Notes under the pieces: generated by a model
What the model was told of the DNA's origin: nothing
The model's input: only the letters and a program-made list of their open reading frames with translations
The model's database searches: none
Assembly: GCA_964514945.1 (NCBI GenBank)
Contig: CAZESD010000003.1
Span: 1-51,329 of the forward strand
Length of the DNA stretch: 51,329 nucleotides
Direction of reading: 5' to 3'
DNA from: Candidatus Hadarchaeota archaeon
GTDB lineage: Archaea; Hadarchaeota; Hadarchaeia; Hadarchaeales; Hadarchaeaceae
Made by a program: the position numbers and the translations under genes
Part shown: piece by piece, positions 8,479 through 18,100 of the stretch
Numbering within the stretch: the stretch's first letter is position 1
How the letters are laid out: each line of letters opens with the position of its first letter

Positions 8479-9579
8479 GTGAGCGTGAGAGTGATTCTTA
8501 CAGGCATTTGTGCGTGCCTTTTGTTCCTAACGACAGTGCAGACGGGAATGGCACAGCAAGCCGAGCTACCCACTTGGGACGTCGGCCTCACTTGGGCGAT
8601 TGGTAAACCTGACATCGACCTAACATTCACTTACACAACCATGGACATGACAGTAGATACGACTGGGAGTGGCAGTTATTACGTAATTTACGAGGTCGCA
8701 GCGATTGAGGGTCAGGAATATAGAGTGGACGTGGCTGGAGGGTTAGATATGATTATGGACATGGATATCAGTGGGGTTTCTGCAGGACAGCAAGTCTCCG
8801 GTTCCATGCACCTAACGATGGCAGCAAAAGTGGATGGAACCATTTACTACACAAAGAACGAGATAGCGGTGGCCCGAGCAGATGAGACGTTGGATATTGA
8901 CATGGAGTTCTCGGGCAGCTTTACGGGCGGAGGTCAAACTGTAAGTCTCAGCGGATCCTTGGACGCGAGCGGTAACATGAGTACCACTTTCAATCCGTCG
9001 TTGGACATCTTCGAGTTTCCAATCACGGTTGGCGAAAGTTGGACCGCAGAGTCCGTTGCCACGGTAACGGGCAGCATGAGCGGCAGTATAAGTCTTACAG
9101 TAGCAACGGATGGCGAGGAGCAGAGCTTTAGCGAACCAATCAGCGAATCACTAGACCAGACGGTTAACGTGTCGCTCTCAGTTAGTTGTCCGAACACGGT
9201 GGATATACCCCTCGCCTCGACATGCTATAAACTCGTGGTGTCAGGCACGGGCATGGCCCAAGCAAGTCCGTTTATGTCGGCTAGTGTGCTATACTACTCG
9301 CCAGATAGTGGTTTCGTCGTGGCGTCAGAATTACCTTTTGATGAAGCACTGAGTGGCGCGAGTCTTGGATCAGAGCAGGACATCCCCCTCTTTGGGGAGA
9401 TCATGGGGGGTGAAGAAACAATCGCCCTTAGCTCGGTTACCGAGCAAGAGGCCCGAGATGCTATAGAAGGAATAGGTGCGGAGGGCATCGACAACATGGT
9501 CCTCATCGGAGCCATCGTGGCGATAGTCATCGTAGCGATCGCAGCAGTTTTGGTAGTAGTTGGACGAAAGCGTGCATAA
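8479..9579 (+). CDS. Secreted, C-terminally membrane-anchored beta-rich protein
   Basis: N-terminal signal peptide ending TGMA-QQ; Thr/Ser/Asp-rich body; C-terminal TM helix followed by RKRA. Confidence 0.8.
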   Translation: MSVRVILTGICACLLFLTTVQTGMAQQAELPTWDVGLTWAIGKPDIDLTFTYTTMDMTVDTTGSGSYYVIYEVAAIEGQEYRVDVAGGLDMIMDMDISGVSAGQQVSGSMHLTMAAKVDGTIYYTKNEIAVARADETLDIDMEFSGSFTGGGQTVSLSGSLDASGNMSTTFNPSLDIFEFPITVGESWTAESVATVTGSMSGSISLTVATDGEEQSFSEPISESLDQTVNVSLSVSCPNTVDIPLASTCYKLVVSGTGMAQASPFMSASVLYYSPDSGFVVASELPFDEALSGASLGSEQDIPLFGEIMGGEETIALSSVTEQEARDAIEGIGAEGIDNMVLIGAIVAIVIVAIAAVLVVVGRKRA

Positions 9580-9680
9580 GGCGACAGTGGATAAAGTTTG
9601 GCTAGGCGGGAGCGCTTATTGGTTATCTGTCCTCATAAAAACCTTATTGAACTCAATTGACAATGGAGATTTGGATTATC

Positions 9681-11531
9681 ATGGCTGCCAGCCCGTGGGG
9701 CGAATTTAAGCGCGATGTGTGCGATGCACTAGAGGTCGCGCTTTCCAAACTCGGTTGGAAATCGCTGGTGAGGGTGGAGCAGACATTAGAGGAGCCCCCC
9801 GATCCGAAGCTTGGTGACCTAGCCACGAGACTTTGCTTCGAGTTCGCGAAGACGCTTCATAAGTCCCCCATGTGGCTCGCGGAGGAGCTGGGAAAGGCGA
9901 TAAAACCTGCAGGCCTGATCGCGCGGGTGGAGGTCGCGGACAGCTATGTGAACTTTTTCGTTGATGTTCCTAAACTCACCGAACTCACGCTACGGGCAAT
10001 CGAGCGGGCTGACGCCAAGTATGGTTGTTCTGAGCTAGGAAAGGGCAAGAAAGTCGTCATCGAGCACACGAGCGTAAACCCCACAAAGCCGCTCCACATC
10101 GGTCACGGCAGGAACGCGGTTATCGGCGACACCATGGCGCGAATCCTGCACGCATTAGGCCACGAGGTCGAGGTGCAGAACTACATCGACGACATGGGGC
10201 GACAGGTAGCGGAGACTCTGCTCGCATACAGGCTGACTAAGAGAAAGCCTCGCGCGAAGTTTGATCATGTTTTGGGGTTGATTTACGCGGACATGCACAA
10301 GCGCCTCGGGAAGGAGTCGAAATTTGAGCAGCAAGTGCGGAAAGTGCTCACGCAGCTCGAGCGCGGCAAGGGTCCCACCGTTCGCAGGGCGAGGCAACTT
10401 GCTGAACGTTGCGTCGAGGCGAACCTCAAGACAACCGATCGACTGGGTGTAAGCTATGATTTGCTAACATGGGAAAGCGATATTGCGCGATCAGGGATGT
10501 TTAAAGAAACACTTGAGCGACTGCGCGCAACCCCGTATGTGGTCGAAGGCACGGGCGAGTGGGCTGGAACGCTGGTCTTGAGGCTGGCAAACTTAGGGAT
10601 CGGGGACAAGGTGCTTGTGCGCTCCGATGGTACCGCCGTTTATACAGCGCGCGACATTGCCTATCAGCTCTGGAAGTTCGGGCGGACGAAGGCAGGACTG
10701 TTTTTCAAATTACACTCCAAGCGCCCGGATGGCACCAAGACATACACGACCGTTCAACGGGGCAGGTCGGGCGGGAAGTTTGGCCAAGCCGATAAAGTGA
10801 TTAACGTCGTTGGGGCGGAGCAGCGGTTCCCACAGCAAGTTGTTTTCACCGCCATAAAGGCGCTCGGGCTGGAACAGGAACACAAGAACTCGTACCACCT
10901 CGCCTACGAGCACGTCTGGCTCCCGAGTGGCAGGTTCTCCGGGCGCAAGGGCACTTGGGTTGGGTTTTCCGTCGACGATGTCATCGAGGAGGCGGTAGCT
11001 CGCGCCTACGTGGTGGTCGAGGAACATGCCCCTAAGGCGAGTGAGCGATTCAAGCGTGCTGCCGCTGAGTTTGTGGGCGTGGGGGCGATTCGGTACTCGT
11101 TGGTTTGTACCGCGCCCGAGAAGCGCATCACGTTCAAGTGGGAGGAAGCACTCAACTTTGATCGAAACAGCGGCCCCGCGGTGCAATATTCCCATGCTCG
11201 AGCTTGTAGTATCCTACGGAAGGCGAAGCGTCAGGGCGGGAAGCACCCGAGTGATGTCTTCAAGTTACCCCAAGAACAGCATCTGATTAAGCTGCTTGCG
11301 AAGTTTCCGGAAATTGTCATTGAGGCGGGCGGGAAGCTGCAGCCGAATTTGCCCGCGCTCTACGCAGCCAAGTTAGCACTGGCGTTCAACACGTTTTATG
11401 AGGCGGCCCCCGTGATCGAGGCTGAAACACCTGAGCTGCGTGTCGCCCGCCTCCGACTAGTGAACTGCGTTCGAATAGTGCTGCAGAACGCGCTTAACTT
11501 GCTTGGGATAGCCGCGCCAGAGCGTATGTAG
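9681..11531 (+). CDS. argS: Arginine--tRNA ligase
   Basis: EHTSVNPTKPLHIGHGRN (HIGH), FSGRKG, GPAVQYSHARACSIL, ERM end; ORF track start 9657, ATG 9681 preferred. Confidence 0.97.
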   Translation: MAASPWGEFKRDVCDALEVALSKLGWKSLVRVEQTLEEPPDPKLGDLATRLCFEFAKTLHKSPMWLAEELGKAIKPAGLIARVEVADSYVNFFVDVPKLTELTLRAIERADAKYGCSELGKGKKVVIEHTSVNPTKPLHIGHGRNAVIGDTMARILHALGHEVEVQNYIDDMGRQVAETLLAYRLTKRKPRAKFDHVLGLIYADMHKRLGKESKFEQQVRKVLTQLERGKGPTVRRARQLAERCVEANLKTTDRLGVSYDLLTWESDIARSGMFKETLERLRATPYVVEGTGEWAGTLVLRLANLGIGDKVLVRSDGTAVYTARDIAYQLWKFGRTKAGLFFKLHSKRPDGTKTYTTVQRGRSGGKFGQADKVINVVGAEQRFPQQVVFTAIKALGLEQEHKNSYHLAYEHVWLPSGRFSGRKGTWVGFSVDDVIEEAVARAYVVVEEHAPKASERFKRAAAEFVGVGAIRYSLVCTAPEKRITFKWEEALNFDRNSGPAVQYSHARACSILRKAKRQGGKHPSDVFKLPQEQHLIKLLAKFPEIVIEAGGKLQPNLPALYAAKLALAFNTFYEAAPVIEAETPELRVARLRLVNCVRIVLQNALNLLGIAAPERM

Positions 11532-11572
11532 GCTTTAAATGTGGGCTGGGTATAACTTCAGTGTAGTGGGGG

Positions 11573-11950
11573 ATGATAATGAGAGCGCTCGCGGCTCTAG
11601 GTCTGATCGGTGGCGTCTTGGCCGTGTTTGGAGTGTTTTTGCCTTGGATTCCTCTCCTTAACATTTCAGGGTGGGACTTGGCTAGTTTGGCGTCAATCTT
11701 TGGAGAAGTTGCGTCATACGTGTACCTCGTGCTGCTCGGCGGCATCCTCGCGTTGATAGGTAGTATTGCGTTGCTGGGGGGTAAGAGGAGTATCGCCTAC
11801 GTGCTCCCAGTGGGCGGGATAATAACAATCGCTGGTTGGGGATGGACCTTCGTCACCTTTGGGGGTCCCGAAGCTGCCGCATACGGCTTCTACTTTTGCC
11901 TCCTTGGGGGAATATTAGCTCTGATCGGCTCCATCGGCTTAAGGCGTTGA
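11573..11950 (+). CDS. Small membrane protein with internal duplication
   Basis: Four hydrophobic helices; LLGGILALIGSI occurs twice. Confidence 0.8.
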   Translation: MIMRALAALGLIGGVLAVFGVFLPWIPLLNISGWDLASLASIFGEVASYVYLVLLGGILALIGSIALLGGKRSIAYVLPVGGIITIAGWGWTFVTFGGPEAAAYGFYFCLLGGILALIGSIGLRR

Positions 11951-12050
11951 ACCGCCTAGCTCTGGCGCTAAGAAAAATCTAATCTTAAATCTATTTGAGA
12001 TGCTTTTCCCGAAAACCTCCTTTAAACTCTCCCCGGCTTAGACGCTCGTA

Positions 12051-12989
12051 CTACTCACGCTTTATTGGCTCCAGTGCATGAAGCTCCTTTCGCTTAGCTT
12101 CGAGCAATTGTGGTTCTTGACCAACAAGTTCTGAGGCCGAGAGCACGCGATGACCACTTTTTTCGGCTTCGGCGAAAACTGGTGTTAGGTATTCTTTGTA
12201 GTCAAGTGATCTCAAAAGGTGGTGGTCGATCACGGTCAGCGGTATCGCCTTTACTATTTTCACCATGTTTTTGAGGGCATTTGCGAGTTTTTCCTCGTCG
12301 ATCTTGAAGTTTTTGAGGTAGAGCGGAGGGCCGCCCATCACCAGCATGTCCGGCTGTTGTTTCAAAATCAGCCGCAGTGCTCCCTCGTCGATCGGCCCCT
12401 GTACATCCGAGGCGTGCATGAACGAGCACATCGGCGTTCGCACCGTCAGCATCAGTACGTATCCAAGCTGCGAGTCGGCCGCGCCATGAAAAACAGGTTT
12501 CGAGAACTCTAATGTGGTACGGCTGAACTCGAACTTTTTGCCGTCCGCGACTTGTATTCCTTTCGCGATTTTCGAGTTGAGCTTCTGAAACATGTATCCC
12601 CGTTTTCGTTGGCTCAGGTTTATATCAGAATGGATGTCCTTCGCCAAAATCAGCTTGCCGCGGTATAGGCGATCGGCGAGTTCTGAGGAACTCCAAGTCC
12701 ATGTCCAATCCTCGAAACTCGGGACGTAGTGGTCGAAGTGGTAATGGCTTATCGTCAGTACGTTGGCGTCCCGCGCGGCGTCGAGGATAACCTGCCGTGA
12801 CCGAGCAAGCGCCATGTACTCGCGCTCGTGAGGGCTTAATTTGAAACGCGGCCCGAGCGCAGAGCCGGGGTCGATAACGAGTTTGATATCATCGGTTTCA
12901 ACGAGCGTGGCCATGCTCCGGACACCAAAGCTCTCGAAGGCAAGCGGCAACACTTGAATCTCTCCGTTCCCCACGGGTACTGGCTCCAT
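12051..12989 (-). CDS. UPF0282-family metallo-beta-lactamase-fold hydrolase
   Basis: Start revised to ATG 12989; LAFESFGVRSMAT, IDPGSALGPRF, ISHYHFDHY, SDVQGP, DHHLLRS, LLEAKRKEL; possible read-through to 11991 (see findings). Confidence 0.88.
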   Translation of the reverse strand: MEPVPVGNGEIQVLPLAFESFGVRSMATLVETDDIKLVIDPGSALGPRFKLSPHEREYMALARSRQVILDAARDANVLTISHYHFDHYVPSFEDWTWTWSSSELADRLYRGKLILAKDIHSDINLSQRKRGYMFQKLNSKIAKGIQVADGKKFEFSRTTLEFSKPVFHGAADSQLGYVLMLTVRTPMCSFMHASDVQGPIDEGALRLILKQQPDMLVMGGPPLYLKNFKIDEEKLANALKNMVKIVKAIPLTVIDHHLLRSLDYKEYLTPVFAEAEKSGHRVLSASELVGQEPQLLEAKRKELHALEPIKRE

Positions 12990-13047
12990 GCAATCGAATC
13001 CACTTCTCCCCATGAAATTTAAATGCGAAGCCCCCATACACCTAACC

Positions 13048-13782
13048 ATGTCCGTACGCGTGAACTACTTGAAGCGCCCGAGGTTCAAGAGACCAGTGCT
13101 CGTCGCAGGCTTACCTGGGATAGCTCACATAGGCAAGCTAGCAGTCGAGTATTTGATCCACCAGCTTCGAGCAAAAAAATTTGCTGAGTTATATTCCGAG
13201 CACTTCCCCGAGTGGGTCGTCCGGGACGATGGCTCGGTCAAGATGTTGAAGGTAGATCTCTCCTACTGCAAGCCAGATGGGTTAAAGCGTGATCTCTTGC
13301 TCGCTACCGCTGATGCCCAGGCGGCCTCGCCAGCGGGGCAGTACCGGCTCACGGGTGAGATTTTAGATCTAGCGGCGCAGCATGGCGCGGATACTGTAAT
13401 CACAATGGCTGCGTACGTTCTTTCCCCTCATGAGTCAAAGGCGAAGGTGGTCGGGGCGGCGTCGGATGTTGAAACGGTTAAGATCCTCCACGAGCACGGC
13501 GTGAAACTTCTCGATAGCGGGATGATAGTGGGAATGAATGGTTTGCTTCCTGGGTTGGCCGCGGCGCGGGGCATGCGCGGATTTTGCCTGCTAGGCGCCA
13601 CCCGAGGAGGGCTGCTCGATGTCGCGGCAGCGGAATCCGTTCTCCGAGCTTTGAGCGATGTGCTGGGGTTCAAGCTGGATTTGGAAGAGCTCCACAAGCA
13701 CGCGGCGACTTTGCCCAGGTTCAAGCCGCCTAGGCTCAGGCTGCCGAGTGGCATCGAGGAAGAGGTCAGCTACATCCGATGA
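13048..13782 (+). CDS. PAC2-family proteasome assembly chaperone-like protein
   Basis: Start revised to ATG 13048; GLPGIAHIGKLAVEYL, IVGMNGLL, CLLGAT, C-terminal SYIR. Confidence 0.88.
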   Translation: MSVRVNYLKRPRFKRPVLVAGLPGIAHIGKLAVEYLIHQLRAKKFAELYSEHFPEWVVRDDGSVKMLKVDLSYCKPDGLKRDLLLATADAQAASPAGQYRLTGEILDLAAQHGADTVITMAAYVLSPHESKAKVVGAASDVETVKILHEHGVKLLDSGMIVGMNGLLPGLAAARGMRGFCLLGATRGGLLDVAAAESVLRALSDVLGFKLDLEELHKHAATLPRFKPPRLRLPSGIEEEVSYIR

Positions 13783-13877
13783 CGCTTCTCCGACTGAAGC
13801 GCGCGTGATTTCTCGCTCGATCCCGTTCTAAGTTGAGAATTTAAGTCTTAGAAATCAAGAATTAAATAGGCGCCCAA

Positions 13878-15026
13878 ATGTCTGGGGAACTATCGGATAG
13901 GGAAATGGGGAATTTGGCAAGGAATTTTGTAAGGCGCTCGATGAGGATAGGGAAAAAGCGCAACGGCAGGTATGATGCCGTAAGGATAATTTACAACCGC
14001 ATTGACTCAAGCTGTGAAAAATTTGTCCTTAAAGTTGAAGAGGAATGCTGGCGGGTGGGCGCGCACACGCTCTTGCTTGGCTACTCATCCGAGAGAGCGA
14101 AGATAAAATACACTCTGTCCCCCGAAAAATCCCTGCGTGAGATGAGTCCGTTCGCGGAGGCGATAACGAGGCGAGCGGATACGTTGATCTTCATCGGAGA
14201 AGAGGACAAGCCAAACTGGGCGAGGGGCCTCACGGCGAAAGTAAAACTCACGGCACCTGTTCGGGAAAAACTTCACGAGATTACTGATAGGAGGAAGACC
14301 CGGTGGGCATACTTCGGCTGGCCCATCCCAGGGGCAGCTCGAGCTTACGGTTGCGCGGTCAAGAAGTTTAGGAGGATTTTTTTCGACAGCATTCGGAAAA
14401 CTTTTACACCTGAGCTCATCAAACTTTGCAAATTTTATCATGATGCGCTCGCGGGAAAAAATGAAGTTCGAATAACCGCGACAGATGGTACGAATTTGAC
14501 TTTCCGAATAAAAGGCCGCCCAGTGCTGGTCGACGATGGGATAATTTCTAACGAAGACCTTGCGCGCGGTGACGTTGGGGTGAACATCCCAGCAGGTGAG
14601 GTTTTCATTGCACCGCTTGAGACGAGTGCGAATGGAAAGATATTGTTTGAACAGGTTGCGATTCCAGGATTCGGAAAACTTGAAGGGCTAGAGCTCAAGT
14701 TTAGGAGGGGCAAGGTAATGAGTTACGAAGCGGTACGCGGCAGGGAGAACTTCACCAAATTCCTCAAGGCGAACACGGGCGAAAAGGACCGCATCGGGGA
14801 GTTCGGCATAGGCACAAATCCTGGTGCGGCTTACACAGGGGGCAGCATAATCATCGACGAGAAGATTTTTGGCACGGTTCACATCGCCATAGGCAACAAC
14901 CGCGGAGCCTACCACGGCAAAAATCGAGCTTCCAGCCATCTCGACATCATCAAAGACATGCGGCACGGGCAAGTTTTCGTGGACGGCGAGCTTATAATGG
15001 ATCGGGGGAAACCGACCCGACGATAG
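13878..15026 (+). CDS. M29-family (thermophilic metalloprotease) aminopeptidase
   Basis: GTNLTF, NIPAGEVF, IGEFGIGTN, IDEKIFGTVHIAIG, HLDII. Confidence 0.9.
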   Translation: MSGELSDREMGNLARNFVRRSMRIGKKRNGRYDAVRIIYNRIDSSCEKFVLKVEEECWRVGAHTLLLGYSSERAKIKYTLSPEKSLREMSPFAEAITRRADTLIFIGEEDKPNWARGLTAKVKLTAPVREKLHEITDRRKTRWAYFGWPIPGAARAYGCAVKKFRRIFFDSIRKTFTPELIKLCKFYHDALAGKNEVRITATDGTNLTFRIKGRPVLVDDGIISNEDLARGDVGVNIPAGEVFIAPLETSANGKILFEQVAIPGFGKLEGLELKFRRGKVMSYEAVRGRENFTKFLKANTGEKDRIGEFGIGTNPGAAYTGGSIIIDEKIFGTVHIAIGNNRGAYHGKNRASSHLDIIKDMRHGQVFVDGELIMDRGKPTRR

Positions 15027-15114
15027 ATTGCGGCATCTGTTATGCTTTGTTGAGTGTAGAGAGAGGTTGTATCTCTGAAGTGATTTATACACAACTTCGG
15101 CATGTTATTCTTCA

Positions 15115-15507
15115 TCAGTGCCCTTTGCGTCTGACACGCCGAGCCGCTGCGAGTTTTTCCTTTTTCTCCTCAAGCACATGGGGTTTATATTCATCTATGA
15201 CGCTTTGAGGGCACATCTTCACCCCGCTGAAGTATCCAGCTCTGGCGATTGCATGCGAAGCGATCGGGGTCGTCGACAGGAGGAAGATCATGATCAGAAA
15301 GGCCTTTACGGAAGCCGCCGAGATGCCTTCAAGGAGAATCACGCCCAGTATGATCCCACACGCCCCAATTACAATAGATTTGGTGGCTGCGTGGAGCCTC
15401 GTGTACAAATCTGGAAATCTGACAATCCCCAGCGTTCCCAAGAAATAAAATATCGACCCGATCAGTATGAGAACCATAGAAATTATCTCGAGAATCTGTT
15501 CGATCAT
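15115..15507 (-). CDS. mnhG: Mrp/Mnh antiporter subunit G
   Basis: GIVRFPDLYTRLHAATK, TPIASHAIARA. Confidence 0.92.
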   Translation of the reverse strand: MIEQILEIISMVLILIGSIFYFLGTLGIVRFPDLYTRLHAATKSIVIGACGIILGVILLEGISAASVKAFLIMIFLLSTTPIASHAIARAGYFSGVKMCPQSVIDEYKPHVLEEKKEKLAAARRVRRKGH

Positions 15508-15770
15508 ATCCTTATCTCACCTTCAAGGTATTTGGTGATGACTAAAGTACTGATGAATGCGATTAGGGCAAGAGGAATGGCAACGTCAATAAAGAGCTCG
15601 TTGATGTACGAGCCGAGCAAAACAGCTAGCCCAACTCCAACTAAGGTCATGGTGTTCAGAGCCATCGCCCTGTCGGCCAACGATGGGCCCCTTATCAGCC
15701 TATAGAGGCAGAACACAAATGACGCGCACAACAGGCCGATGAATATGTAAATGAAATTCTCAATCATCAT
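15504..15770 (-). CDS. mnhF: Mrp/Mnh antiporter subunit F
   Basis: RLIRGPSLADRAMAL, FISTLVITKYL. Confidence 0.9.
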   Translation of the reverse strand: MMIENFIYIFIGLLCASFVFCLYRLIRGPSLADRAMALNTMTLVGVGLAVLLGSYINELFIDVAIPLALIAFISTLVITKYLEGEIRI

Positions 15771-16270
15771 TCAAACATCTTCCTCAGATGTGGTTCGTAC
15801 GCGCCAGAGATCTCCTTTTTCACGGCTTCTAACTCCCTTTTCGTGACATGAATCCAGTGCACGTATAATTCGTTCCTTTTTTGATCGAAATCCACGAGCA
15901 GGGTGCCAGGTGTTAGGGTTATTGAATTGGATAGCAGCGTGATTTCCCAGTCTTTCCTGAGGTGCGTTGGCACGCGTACTATGCCGGGTCTTATCGGCAT
16001 CTTCGGGTGCACCACCTTCCACGCGATATCTAAACTAGCTAAGACAGACTCCTTTATAAAAATAGGGATGTAAAGCACGAGGTACGCCCATCTCCTTGGG
16101 TTAAGGAAGTCTTTACCGCTACCCTTGATAAATACGGTGCTGAAGAGGCACGCCCCCACGGCTGACACAACGAGTCCGGAGACTATCAGTTGTATGTCCA
16201 GTGTGAAAGTGAGTAGCATCCATACTACAAACATGAACAACCAAGCGGCCATGAATTTAATTAACCTCAA
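15767..16270 (-). CDS. mnhE: Mrp/Mnh antiporter subunit E
   Basis: PGIVRVP, LLSNSITLTPGTL, LYVHWI. Confidence 0.93.
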   Translation of the reverse strand: MRLIKFMAAWLFMFVVWMLLTFTLDIQLIVSGLVVSAVGACLFSTVFIKGSGKDFLNPRRWAYLVLYIPIFIKESVLASLDIAWKVVHPKMPIRPGIVRVPTHLRKDWEITLLSNSITLTPGTLLVDFDQKRNELYVHWIHVTKRELEAVKKEISGAYEPHLRKMFE

Positions 16271-16280
16271 GCATCACACC

Positions 16281-17759
16281 TCACAATACCACTCCGATAT
16301 ATATTCCGCTACCCAATACCTGTTTTGATATCTCGCCAACAGCGTCGAGCCCGATATTGGGCAGGATGCCGATCACCAAGCAAGCGGCTGCAAGAATCAG
16401 CACGGGGACTAGCATTGAAGCAGGGGTTGCTCCTCCTCGTGTGTGGCCATCGCTCTTACCTAGAAATATCACCTGAAAAGCTCGGATGTAAACGGCCAAG
16501 ATCAGCAGGCTAACGGCTATCGAGATCGCGAGTGGCATGAAGTGTCCCGCATCAAAACACGCTCGATAAATCAACAACTTACTGATGAAGCCGTTAAATG
16601 GCGGAATTCCAGCAATCGCCAGCCCTCCGAATAAGAACATGGTAGCTTCTACAGGCATGTGCTTTAACAGACCGCCCATCTTGCCTATCTCTCTGGTGCC
16701 AACCCTGTAGATCACGCAACCTATCGTTAAGAACAGCAAAGCCGTCGCAAGCGCATGGTTTACGATGTGAAATATCGCGCCCTCGATTCCTCCAGCGGTA
16801 CCAATGCCTAGGCTCAAAGTTATGTATCCGACACCACATATCGTGGAATACGCGAGAAGTCTCTTTATATCGGTTTGCACGAGCGCGAACGCCGCACCGA
16901 TTATCATCGTGACAATCCCGAGCGCCATAATCGCCGGGCCGATACCTATCGCTTGAAAACCAAACATTGTGTAAGTTATCCTAATTATACCATACAATCC
17001 AACATTAACCGATACGCCGGAAAGTAGTGCGCTTATTGGAGAGGGTGCAGCGAGGTGGGCATCAGGCAGCCAAGCATGCAAAGGTACGATTGCAGCTACC
17101 AGCCCAAGTCCGATGATGAGCGAGATCCCGGCAAAAGTTAGGATTTTCATATTCCCAATTGTTTTAATCATCTCCGCTATGTGCGCCATGTTGAGGGTCC
17201 CAGCAATATTGTAAATTAAGCCGATCCCCAACAGAAATACAAAACCTGCAATCATGCTTAGTACCATATATTTGAAAGACGCTTCCATCTCCACTGGGCC
17301 ACCACGGAATGCCACGAGTGCATAGGCTGCAATGAACGAGATCTCGAGGAACACAAACATGTTAAACAAGTCCCCAGTCAGCACAATACCGTTCATTCCG
17401 GCTATCATGAACATCAAGAGCGAGTCATACATGGGCCGGCCGGTGAATTTTTTCATGTAGGAAGTTGAGTAAACAACACAGAGGAACCCGATACCGGAAA
17501 TTATCAACGTCATAAGGGCGCTTAGAGAATCTGCAACGAGGTTTATACCTAGCGGGGGACTCCAGCCCCCGACCCCATAAGTGAGTATGTTGCCCTCCAA
17601 AGTGGTTTTGAGTATCGTCACCGCTAGGGCTATTAAAATGAGAGTCGTGATAGTGGAAATGGCGTGTCTTGCTTTATTTGAAAACCTACCAATGGTGGTG
17701 TTCAGAAGCCCTGCAAACAGTGGCATTACAATCATGAGTATGAGCGCAAGTTCGATCAT
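16281..17759 (-). CDS. mnhD: Mrp/Mnh antiporter subunit D-like, with atypical loss of lysines
   Basis: GGWSPPLGINLVADSLS, GDLFNMFVFLE, WLPDAH, DIKRLLAYST, PPFNGFISK. Confidence 0.9.
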   Translation of the reverse strand: MIELALILMIVMPLFAGLLNTTIGRFSNKARHAISTITTLILIALAVTILKTTLEGNILTYGVGGWSPPLGINLVADSLSALMTLIISGIGFLCVVYSTSYMKKFTGRPMYDSLLMFMIAGMNGIVLTGDLFNMFVFLEISFIAAYALVAFRGGPVEMEASFKYMVLSMIAGFVFLLGIGLIYNIAGTLNMAHIAEMIKTIGNMKILTFAGISLIIGLGLVAAIVPLHAWLPDAHLAAPSPISALLSGVSVNVGLYGIIRITYTMFGFQAIGIGPAIMALGIVTMIIGAAFALVQTDIKRLLAYSTICGVGYITLSLGIGTAGGIEGAIFHIVNHALATALLFLTIGCVIYRVGTREIGKMGGLLKHMPVEATMFLFGGLAIAGIPPFNGFISKLLIYRACFDAGHFMPLAISIAVSLLILAVYIRAFQVIFLGKSDGHTRGGATPASMLVPVLILAAACLVIGILPNIGLDAVGEISKQVLGSGIYIGVVL

Positions 17760-18100
17760 CCACGGAGCCTCCTTATCTTTTTGACATCTGTACTGCGGTA
17801 TCGTTCGAACAGCCTAATCGCGACCGATACCATGAGTGCGACTGCAGCGAACTCTATCACAATCGCAGTTATGACCATGGCTTGAAGCAAAGGGTCGACC
17901 GGAACCGCGGTTGAGCTACCAGAAATTATAGGAACAGTTCCACCCAAAACATAGCCCAATGAAATTAGCAGCAGGTTGATGGAATATCCCATGAGGCATA
18001 TGCCGTAGATTATCTTGAAGAGGTCCCTTTTAACTAGAATACAGTACAGCCCCACGGAAAACAGCGTCAATGCCGCCAGATACGGGAAATTCATAATCAC
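17756..18100 (-). CDS. mnhC: Mrp/Mnh antiporter subunit C
   Basis: DPLLQAMVITAIVI motif. Confidence 0.92.
   Translation of the reverse strand: MIMNFPYLAALTLFSVGLYCILVKRDLFKIIYGICLMGYSINLLLISLGYVLGGTVPIISGSSTAVPVDPLLQAMVITAIVIEFAAVALMVSVAIRLFERYRSTDVKKIRRLRG

Noticed and set aside
15118-15705. 195-aa plus-strand ORF
   Set aside because: Antisense to mnhG/mnhF
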